64,000 nucleotides of DNA from a virus (Duplodnaviria; Caudoviricetes): IMG/VR virus record IMGVR_UViG_3300031555_003590, positions 192,001 through 256,000 of that record; one strand, given 5' to 3'. Made by a program: the position numbers and the translations under genes. The notes below the pieces were generated by a model, which was not told where the DNA came from, made no database searches, and worked only from the letters and a program-made list of their open reading frames with translations. Below, in pieces: positions 50,515 through 58,966 of this stretch. The stretch's first letter is position 1. Each line of letters begins with the position of its first letter.

Positions 50515-52365
50515 ATGGCTAGAAACAATGTTAGCTGGTTCTATGAGTCAGCCAGCGAACGCAAAAACACTGGGTATCAGCCCCAAAGAAGTTCTTTTGG
50601 AGTCTATCGTGAGGATAATACTAAGAGCTTTGATGAACGGTTTAATGATCTTTATGAGTCTTATAAGGAATTACATGGTATTGACATTAAACGTGATATG
50701 AAAGCTATGATGGGTGACCGTTCTTTCATGGAGCAGTATAAGGCTGACCTGATGGAGCCTGTATTTGAAGCTTTCCGTGAAATGTCTCCTAATGATCCTC
50801 ATATCCAGGGTGTAATTGATAATGTCAATACTTTCTGGGATACTAAGGTTAAATCTTATACTGAGTCTGCTTCTCTTGCTGGATTCCTTCCTATTGCAAC
50901 TCTTGAATTCCCTGTTCTTGTTAAGCAGTTCTTTAGCTCTATCCTTAAAGATATTATTGAGGTAGAGGCTGTTAAAACTCCTAATATCACCAAGCATATT
51001 CGTACTACCTATATGGTAGATAATCAGACTGGTGATGAATATGAGTATCCTAAGTGTCTATTTGATGGTACTTGGGAGAAACTCTGGAATGCTTCTAAGG
51101 GTCATAAGATCCGTGAGCAGGTAGTTGATTTCACTGATGGTCGTCTTTGGAAATATGATATCATTGGCGGTCTCACTGATGGTACTCCTGGTGTTGATAA
51201 ACTTTCCTTCCAGTTTAAGATTATTGGCGTTAAGGTTGGTGCTGAGGTTATTCGTCTACCTGGCAATGGTATCACTGTTGAGTTCTCCACCAATGGCACT
51301 CTTGTAAATGGTGATCTTAATTTCACCACTGAGCAGGGTACTGTAGTTGAGGATACTCTTTCTGGTCAGGTTGACTTTAAGAATGGTACTATCTCCATGT
51401 CTTCTGCTTCTGGCCAGGTTGAGGGTGTTGTATTCTCTGGTTATCTCTCTAATGAGAAGAACCTTCGTAGTATTTCCGTTCGTGAGAAGCGCGACATTCT
51501 TCGTTTCGTAATCGAAGATGGTGCTCGTTGGAATATGCCTTTCTCTATTGAAGAGATTGAAGATGCTGCTGCTCTACTTGATATGAACTACTACAACCGC
51601 ATGGTTGATGAAATTGTTCGTACTCAGGAAATGCAGGAGTGTATGACTGTTATTAAGTTCCTGAATGATGAGTTTGCTAAGTATAATGGTATCCAGACTG
51701 ATATTTATAAGCTCGAGTCTACTGCTCAGACTTATACTGTTGATCTTAATCCTCCTGCTTACTTTGCTGGTGACCCCTTCAAGTATGTAAGCACTGCTAT
51801 TCAGTTCCGTCTGAAGAGTATTGTTCATCAGATCCTTGAGCTCACTAAGTTGGAAGATCTGTCCTTCGTAATCGTTGGTAACCCAATGGCTACTCAGCTA
51901 ATTTCTGAGTTTGTTAATTGGAAGGCACAGAATGGTGCTAGCATTGGTGGTATTTCTGTAAACAACTCTTATGGTTTTGCTACTGATCTTGGTGCAAATG
52001 TTCGTGTTGTTGCTACTAACCTTTATGATGCTTACACTGTTGATCCAATGGATGCTACTGGTGTACGTGAGCTTATTCTCCATATTTATGGATATCCTAC
52101 TTCTGCTGAGCATATTTCTTATCGTCATCTGAAGTATACTTCTCATCTACTCACTAGCCAGTCTCAGACTGCTTATCAGTCTACTACTGCTCCTGGTGGT
52201 GCTTACAACATCGTAACTGCCACTAGCCGTTTCCATACTATGGCAGTTCAGGGTATTCAGGCTAACCTTATTATGCTTAATTCTAATCGTGTATACGGTG
52301 ATGCTCCTGTTCGTCCTCCTGTAACTGGTGCTCCTTGGTCTACTCCTGTATTCCCTGAGCCCTAA
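50515..52365 (+). CDS. Major capsid protein precursor
   Basis: 616 aa; strong high-expression codon bias (CGT, GAG, CAG, TTC); N-terminal propeptide with FYES/YTES sites; position and features match AR9/PBS1-like capsid genes. Confidence 0.8.
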   Translation: MARNNVSWFYESASERKNTGYQPQRSSFGVYREDNTKSFDERFNDLYESYKELHGIDIKRDMKAMMGDRSFMEQYKADLMEPVFEAFREMSPNDPHIQGVIDNVNTFWDTKVKSYTESASLAGFLPIATLEFPVLVKQFFSSILKDIIEVEAVKTPNITKHIRTTYMVDNQTGDEYEYPKCLFDGTWEKLWNASKGHKIREQVVDFTDGRLWKYDIIGGLTDGTPGVDKLSFQFKIIGVKVGAEVIRLPGNGITVEFSTNGTLVNGDLNFTTEQGTVVEDTLSGQVDFKNGTISMSSASGQVEGVVFSGYLSNEKNLRSISVREKRDILRFVIEDGARWNMPFSIEEIEDAAALLDMNYYNRMVDEIVRTQEMQECMTVIKFLNDEFAKYNGIQTDIYKLESTAQTYTVDLNPPAYFAGDPFKYVSTAIQFRLKSIVHQILELTKLEDLSFVIVGNPMATQLISEFVNWKAQNGASIGGISVNNSYGFATDLGANVRVVATNLYDAYTVDPMDATGVRELILHIYGYPTSAEHISYRHLKYTSHLLTSQSQTAYQSTTAPGGAYNIVTATSRFHTMAVQGIQANLIMLNSNRVYGDAPVRPPVTGAPWSTPVFPEP

Positions 52366-52454
52366 TAATTAATTAATATTTTATAATCCATCTTGTAGCA
52401 GCATTGGATATATAAATGTATCCTATGTATCCAATGTCTTATTATGAAATCTAT

Positions 52455-52499
52455 ATGGATAATAGTAGCTGGGTATAATACCCAGCTACTATTATCCAT
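52455..52499 (+). terminator. Terminator after the capsid gene, TATAAT centre
   Basis: ATGGATAATAGTAGCTGGG-TATAATA-CCCAGCTACTATTATCCAT followed by a T-run. Confidence 0.85.
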
Positions 52500-52562
52500 T
52501 TTTGATGACTAGTTAATAACGTGTATTGATAAATTATTATTCGAATGGAGATGAAATAGATT

Positions 52563-54341
52563 ATGGCTAAAAATAAATCTTTAGTTAGAGATGGATTCTT
52601 AGGTGATTTACCTGAAGAGCTTCGTCTTAAAATTATGAATATTCATAAGATGGTAGTAACTACTTGTGATGAAGTATGGAAAGATTCTGCTTATGATCCT
52701 ATTCGTGAACAAGAATGGGCTAAAACTGCTATTGAAGAATTTTGTACTGAACCTACTGACAATAGTCAAATCGGTTCAGTAAGAGTATATCAACAAGGAA
52801 AACGTTATAGTTGTATGATTCAGCTTACTGGTCATTTTATGAATCATCGTAATGATATCGATCATGAATTATTACATGATTTCATTCGTCATGTTCATTA
52901 TGATATGAAAACTAAAGTACGTAAACAATATGACATGAGACTAACTTGTGAAAGTGAACATGGTGAACCATTTGAAGGTTTTGATGTATGGCCATCTTCT
53001 AAAGTTGCTAAAGTAGTTTGGGAATTATTTGAAGATAAGAAAACAAAACCAATCAAACCTATGAAAGAAAGTATTAATAATGATAATCAAATCATATTTG
53101 ATCCTTTCATGGAAGCTAATAATGAAAAGCCTGAATATAATACTGATATGAGTGAAGCAGAAGCTAAACGTACTCTTAGAGCTTTATCTCAGGATATTAT
53201 TACTTCTATTAAAGAAGATGAAAATTATAAAGTAACTCAATATAAAGCAAATACATATGCTAATATTATTACTAAGAATTTACTTCCATTATGGAGTAAT
53301 GGCTTCCGTAAAGTAACTATTACTTTAGATTCTTATCAATCTTTTAATACTTTTGAATTTAAAATTCCTAAGATGACTCAAGATTTTGTATATCGTTTTA
53401 TTAATGGTAGAGAAACTATTAATGGACTAATTCATCGTACTCCTGAAATTAATATTAAAATGTCTCCTAGAATTTTCCATACCATGAATAATCCTGATGA
53501 TGCTTTCAATTTCTTTAGAGCTGCTATTAAATATTATAATTCTGGATTAGAAAAATATAGTCATAAATTAATGGCCGAAACTATGAGATTAAATAAAGAA
53601 ATGAAACATCTAATTTCTACTACTAAACTCAGCGGTGTTGTAACTTTACCTATGCAACTATTATTTGTTTTTGATGATGTTAAGATGGATAACAAAGATA
53701 CATTTAAAATTTCTACATCTGATATCAAAACAGTAAATCAATTCATTAGAAATATTTATACACGATATGCTGCTCCTGAAAAAGAAAAGAAACAAATTGT
53801 AGATGATGTAAATGAAATGATTAAAGAATTAAGAGAAGCTTGTGATATTACTGATGAAAATATTCGTGAACTTTCATATTTACCTGAAGCAGTTGATAAA
53901 TATTTAAATAATGGCTTTGATAATGAAATTAATCAGTTTAATGAAAGATGGATGATGGAACAGTTTGATATGGATTGGATTCATAAACAAAAGAATCCTG
54001 AAATAAAATATTTACAAGAAAAATTTGGAGTAAAGAAACTCAAGAAAATTCCATCTGATCTTGTAGCATATATTACTATTGAAACTGAAGCTATTAGAGA
54101 TGCTAATGATAAAATGATGATTGCTTCATATACTATTGGTAAAATAGAAATTGTAGAATGGTATCTCGAATTATTAACTGTTGGAAGTAAAAAATATATT
54201 GTTCCTCATACTAAGCCTTATTTAGAAACATTAAGAACTCAACTTCTTCAATGTTTAGATAATATTATGAAAGTTAAAATTGTTAATCCTACTACCCGTC
54301 CAATTATTGATATTCAGTATCCTAAGGGTTATGAAGGTTAA
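52563..54341 (+). CDS. Virion structural (head) protein
   Basis: 592 aa downstream of the capsid gene; MKES/FMEA/LREA sites; C-terminal YPKGYEG. Confidence 0.6.
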   Translation: MAKNKSLVRDGFLGDLPEELRLKIMNIHKMVVTTCDEVWKDSAYDPIREQEWAKTAIEEFCTEPTDNSQIGSVRVYQQGKRYSCMIQLTGHFMNHRNDIDHELLHDFIRHVHYDMKTKVRKQYDMRLTCESEHGEPFEGFDVWPSSKVAKVVWELFEDKKTKPIKPMKESINNDNQIIFDPFMEANNEKPEYNTDMSEAEAKRTLRALSQDIITSIKEDENYKVTQYKANTYANIITKNLLPLWSNGFRKVTITLDSYQSFNTFEFKIPKMTQDFVYRFINGRETINGLIHRTPEINIKMSPRIFHTMNNPDDAFNFFRAAIKYYNSGLEKYSHKLMAETMRLNKEMKHLISTTKLSGVVTLPMQLLFVFDDVKMDNKDTFKISTSDIKTVNQFIRNIYTRYAAPEKEKKQIVDDVNEMIKELREACDITDENIRELSYLPEAVDKYLNNGFDNEINQFNERWMMEQFDMDWIHKQKNPEIKYLQEKFGVKKLKKIPSDLVAYITIETEAIRDANDKMMIASYTIGKIEIVEWYLELLTVGSKKYIVPHTKPYLETLRTQLLQCLDNIMKVKIVNPTTRPIIDIQYPKGYEG

Positions 54342-54351
54342 ATGAATAAAA

Positions 54352-54384
54352 AATAACAGGAGGGATATAATCCCTCCTGTTATT
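54352..54384. terminator. Bidirectional terminator, TATAAT centre
   Basis: AATAACAGGAGGGA-TATAA-TCCCTCCTGTTATT. Confidence 0.8.
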
Positions 54385-54801
54385 TCATTCTATATATTCG
54401 TAAACATAGCCATCATCACCAGTGTAATATACATGTCTAATACCGAGATCTTTTATTAGTTTCATACATGAATTACATGGTTTAGCCATACCAAATGGAC
54501 GATCTTTAAGTTTACGATAAATATAAACTGATACTTTTCTCCAATCTATATCAAGATCAATAATATGACGAATAGCATCAGTTTCTGCATGAAGTTTATG
54601 AGGACTCCAATCAGGAATTTGTCTAGCTTCATTATAAGTTTTTTGAAGTGGATGAGTTTGATCTTTATTGCATCCAGTAGAAATAATCTTATTATGGTAT
54701 ACAATCACACAGCCAACTTTTTGTCTTTTATATGTAGCTAAATTAGCCATATGTGCTGCTGCATTAAAGAACCTTTTATCTCGACGAGTTATCATATTCA
54801 T
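54385..54801 (-). CDS. Cytidine/dCMP deaminase-family protein
   Basis: VGCVIV, LHAE and AKPCNSC zinc motifs. Confidence 0.88.
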   Translation of the reverse strand: MNMITRRDKRFFNAAAHMANLATYKRQKVGCVIVYHNKIISTGCNKDQTHPLQKTYNEARQIPDWSPHKLHAETDAIRHIIDLDIDWRKVSVYIYRKLKDRPFGMAKPCNSCMKLIKDLGIRHVYYTGDDGYVYEYIE

Positions 54802-55828
54802 ATCCTTTATTCATATGATTAATAAGAATATCAATGATTTGATCTCTTAATTCATCAGGAAGTGGAGCTCCTGAACTTTTTGCGTGTCCGCCTCCTCCTA
54901 TAGGTAGTGCAACATCTCTACCAATATCAAGATCATCTCTAATAGCTCTAAAACTAAAAGTACCACCACTCCAGAAATCAAAGATAGCAAACATATCAAA
55001 TTCAGGATATTTTTTAAGAAATTGATATGCTAATTCTGATCCATTAACACCAAATCCTCCGATACTAAATGCAGTATTTAAACCTCTAACATTAATATGA
55101 TATACATCATCAGGAGTAACAGTATCAATGATATTTTGTTCTCTTTCAAGTTTAGCATCAACAAACTTAAGATCTTCAAGGAGAATAATATCATCAGATT
55201 TAATGTTACTAAGTCTCTTTACATACTGATCACAAAATCTTTCCATTCCTAATAAACTAAATAAAGTTTGCAACTTTTTAGCATTCAAATTATTTGTACT
55301 TTTCCACTCATATGTATCATATGACCGAATAGTATCAACAAACTCTGCTAAGAATCTTTGACTAGTATCTGTTCCAGAAACAAATTTGGCTCTAGGATCA
55401 TCAGGAAAATCAATTGCTAATGCACAATAATGTTGATAAATTAAACTAGTACCAGACTGCATTATTCCAAGTTCATTTTCAGGAATAATAACTGCACTAG
55501 GAACTATATGTGTTGCAAAGAAATTTGTACGATGATGATCCCAAATTCTAGGAGTATTAAAATTCTTAACAATGTATTCCAATGTTTCTCTACTAGCCAC
55601 AATATCAGCAAAACAAATCTCAGTATCTTTATTAACAATACCTGATTTTAATACTTCCATAACTTCATTATCAATACCAGAATTTGTACAATTAATAACT
55701 TTATATTCAACATTTTTTTCCAAATGTTGATGTGCTAATTCATACACAATTCTGCTACCTGCTCCGTCCAAATCATCATGTGTAAACAAAATTGTTTTAA
55801 GACTCATTAATTTTACCTCCATTTTCAA
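54776..55828 (-). CDS. DHH/DHHA1 phosphoesterase (NrnB-like)
   Basis: THDDLDG, FAD, WDHH, SGT, YDT, SFR and GGGGH motifs. Confidence 0.9.
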   Translation of the reverse strand: MKMEVKLMSLKTILFTHDDLDGAGSRIVYELAHQHLEKNVEYKVINCTNSGIDNEVMEVLKSGIVNKDTEICFADIVASRETLEYIVKNFNTPRIWDHHRTNFFATHIVPSAVIIPENELGIMQSGTSLIYQHYCALAIDFPDDPRAKFVSGTDTSQRFLAEFVDTIRSYDTYEWKSTNNLNAKKLQTLFSLLGMERFCDQYVKRLSNIKSDDIILLEDLKFVDAKLEREQNIIDTVTPDDVYHINVRGLNTAFSIGGFGVNGSELAYQFLKKYPEFDMFAIFDFWSGGTFSFRAIRDDLDIGRDVALPIGGGGHAKSSGAPLPDELRDQIIDILINHMNKGYEYDNSSR

Positions 55829-55952
55829 GTAATAATTTTCAATTTTAGTTTATTCGTTCATTATATAAATAATATATAATTTTATATCATGATATATACG
55901 AACTTTCTTAGTAAAATTTATATTACTAAAATAAAGGAGGTGATATGGGTTT

Positions 55953-58109
55953 ATGGCAGATATAAAACAAATTAATGGCCGTTTTTATGATTTTACTCCA
56001 ACAAAAAATCCAAGTTTCTTATTGACAGCTAAAGAACTTAAAACTCTAGGTATTAAGAATTATTATTTTATGTTAAGAATTAACAATCCTAGAGTTGCTG
56101 ACATTGACCCATTTAAACCAGATATAACTCCTCAAGAAGTTAATGCATTATTACATGAATATCGTAATAATATGTGGTATTTTGCTCGCACAGCTGTACG
56201 TATGCGTACTGATAAAGGTGTTGTACCTTATGGACTTCATAGAGGATTAGCAGCTGCATTATGGTGTTTTGAAAGATCTCAAGATTTTTGTTTAAATGAA
56301 CCACGTCAGACATGGAAAACAACTGGTACTATTGGTGGTCCTGTATGTTGGGCTGTGCAATTATCTAAAAACTTACATGTTCATTTCTTTGGTAAAGAAA
56401 CTGATAATACAAAACGAAACTTAGCTCATTTAAAAAATAATATTGAATTATTACCTGAATGGCTTCAGTTTCGTAAATATATGGCTGAAGATGGTAAGAT
56501 TAAGAAATCAAGACAAGCAACTGAAAAATTAGAAAATAATTTACTTCATAATAGTGTTGAAATTCATCCTAAACCAACTAGTTTGTCTCATGCTCAAGGT
56601 ATGGGACGTGGTGGATCTGGTGCTATTTTATATTTTGATGAGATTGAACATACTCCATTCTTTGGTGAAATACTTTCAAACTCTGCTCCTTTATATAAAA
56701 CTGCATCTGAAAACGCAGCAGCAGCTGGTCGCCCACATTGCCGAATATTTACGACTACGCCTGGAAATTTAGATACTCGAGAAGGACGTGATGCACTTCC
56801 GATAATTCAATCGATGATTCCATGGACTGAAAAAATTTATGATATGACTGAAGAAGAAATTACTAATTATAAATCAGCATTTCAAGAAGAATATCACAAC
56901 AGTGAAGAAAAACGAACTCGTGAAGTTGTTGATATTTTTTATATGGAGTATCAATATTTTCAAGTCCGAAAAACATATGATTGGGTATTAGAACAGTATA
57001 AACTATCTGGTGATAAGATGGCTATTAGAAGAGAAATCTTATTACAAAGATTACGTGGTTCTAATGCATCTCCATTTAGTCCAGAAGATATTGAATATCT
57101 AATTTCCAATATGAAAAAATCTACAAGAGAACTTTTAGTATGTGGAAAATGGTTATTCCGTTTGTATGATCATGGGGCTGGATTTCAATTTGGTAAACCA
57201 AAAGATTTAGATGAAAATATTCCATACTTAGTTGGCATTGATCCTGCATCAGGCGGCGGTGGAGATAATTTTGCTATCACGATTGTAAATCCATTTAATT
57301 TACAAATTGCAGCTGAATTTAAATCTCCATATATTTCTGGACCAAATGCAGTTAAAATGTTAATTGAATTAGTAAGTAATTATATTCCTCATGCAGTATT
57401 AATTCCTGAAAAGAATAGTATGGGTATTTATCTAATTCAAATGTTATTAGAAACTTCTATTAGAGATAATTTATATTGGTCTGAATCAGCTAGACAGTTG
57501 GAAGAAATGGTTGAAGAATCAGCTGAAGATAATCAACTTAAATCAATGGCTGCTCAATATAAAAAGTATGGAACTTATCTATCTAAAAAAGTTCGAGATG
57601 CAATGTTTGAATTATTATTCCAACATGTAGATGGACATAAAGAATTACTTAATACTGAATATTTAGTAGATGATATGTGTAAACTAATTAAAACGTCTAC
57701 TGGTAAAATTCAAGCTGATCAAGGTGAACATGATGACTGTGTAATGAGTTATCTTCATACTATTTATATTTACTATACTGGAGATAATTTAGAACATTTT
57801 GGAATTATTAAAGAATTACATCCAATTGCTGGAACTATTACTACATTAGAAGATAATACTGATCAGAAGTTATTGGAAAAAGATAATATGAGTAGCTACT
57901 TCACACAAAGTGAAGCAACTAGATCATATGATGAAATAGTAATAGAAGATGCAATTAGAATTGAAGGTGAAATTAAAGAATTAGTAAATACATTTAAATT
58001 TATGCATGATGATGTATATTCTAGAATTAGAGATAATTCTACTGGTCAAAATGATGAAAATATTTCTATAGGTGCTCATTTTTTTGATACAATAAATAGT
58101 GTATATTGA
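55953..58109 (+). CDS. terL: Terminase large subunit
   Basis: PRQTWKT Walker A-like, GRG, YFDE, TTTPG; RNase H-like GIDPA, PEKN and HDD. Confidence 0.92.
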   Translation: MADIKQINGRFYDFTPTKNPSFLLTAKELKTLGIKNYYFMLRINNPRVADIDPFKPDITPQEVNALLHEYRNNMWYFARTAVRMRTDKGVVPYGLHRGLAAALWCFERSQDFCLNEPRQTWKTTGTIGGPVCWAVQLSKNLHVHFFGKETDNTKRNLAHLKNNIELLPEWLQFRKYMAEDGKIKKSRQATEKLENNLLHNSVEIHPKPTSLSHAQGMGRGGSGAILYFDEIEHTPFFGEILSNSAPLYKTASENAAAAGRPHCRIFTTTPGNLDTREGRDALPIIQSMIPWTEKIYDMTEEEITNYKSAFQEEYHNSEEKRTREVVDIFYMEYQYFQVRKTYDWVLEQYKLSGDKMAIRREILLQRLRGSNASPFSPEDIEYLISNMKKSTRELLVCGKWLFRLYDHGAGFQFGKPKDLDENIPYLVGIDPASGGGGDNFAITIVNPFNLQIAAEFKSPYISGPNAVKMLIELVSNYIPHAVLIPEKNSMGIYLIQMLLETSIRDNLYWSESARQLEEMVEESAEDNQLKSMAAQYKKYGTYLSKKVRDAMFELLFQHVDGHKELLNTEYLVDDMCKLIKTSTGKIQADQGEHDDCVMSYLHTIYIYYTGDNLEHFGIIKELHPIAGTITTLEDNTDQKLLEKDNMSSYFTQSEATRSYDEIVIEDAIRIEGEIKELVNTFKFMHDDVYSRIRDNSTGQNDENISIGAHFFDTINSVY

Positions 58110-58176
58110 AGTATAATTAATTAATGATAACCCAAATGTAATCAGCTTCAATAAAGATTGGAGGGATAAATAATAA

Positions 58177-58890
58177 ATGGGAGTTTTATATGCAAATAAA
58201 GGTAAAATTTATTGCAATGAATATATGGAAATTTATATTCCAATGGAATATTTCAATAATAAAATTGCAATTAATAAGGGATCTATGATTGAAACACTTG
58301 GACTTGTATATGTAAGATCATTTAAGAATGGTGAGGAAGGACCATTACAATTAATGAATCTTCCTACTGTAGTACATTTTATGGTTTATGAATTTAAACA
58401 AGAATCAATTAAAATTAATAATGATATTATCGATGTTATGACTCTTGAATATTTAAAAGATTCATATGTATTACATCAAACAATTGCTAAAGGTAGAGAT
58501 GTTGCTAATGCGTTCCTCAATATGATGTTAGCAGGTAAACTTCCTACTACATTAAATTATACTAAAATTATTGATATCTGGTGGAAGAATTTGGAGATTT
58601 CTGGTGTTTCTTATAAAGTACCATCTAAAATTTTTGAAATGATTATTGCTACCATATATAGAAATTCTCATAATACAAAAGAACGTTATGGTCAATATTA
58701 TGGCAAACAAACCAATCCATCAGGATATGACTATACTACTGGTAATGTTAGAGATGTTGTAAAAGATTTGTCAACATTCAGTGGTATGGTATTTGAGGAT
58801 ATTGGTACAATGATTTCTAATGGTATTAATAATTCAATTGACAATATTGATGAACCTATATCTCCTTTAGAAAAAATTATTCACTACTAG
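58177..58890 (+). CDS. Probable RNA polymerase beta' extreme C-terminal fragment
   Basis: GVSYKVPSKIFEMII and STFSGMVFEDIGTMISNG...SPLEKII align by eye with RpoC GVKINDKHIEVIV and SFISAASFQETTRVLTEA...GLKENVI. Confidence 0.55.
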   Translation: MGVLYANKGKIYCNEYMEIYIPMEYFNNKIAINKGSMIETLGLVYVRSFKNGEEGPLQLMNLPTVVHFMVYEFKQESIKINNDIIDVMTLEYLKDSYVLHQTIAKGRDVANAFLNMMLAGKLPTTLNYTKIIDIWWKNLEISGVSYKVPSKIFEMIIATIYRNSHNTKERYGQYYGKQTNPSGYDYTTGNVRDVVKDLSTFSGMVFEDIGTMISNGINNSIDNIDEPISPLEKIIHY

Positions 58891-58966
58891 TACGCTATTG
58901 TTTAGTAACACTCTATTAAAGAGGTAATCCCTTCTGATTTTACAATTAAAAATAACTAGTAAAGGA

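Noticed and set aside
52402-52438. Imperfect hairpin CATTGGATA...TATCCAATG after the capsid gene as an ncRNA
   Set aside because: It is short and AT-rich, and more simply a 3' UTR stability element before the terminator.
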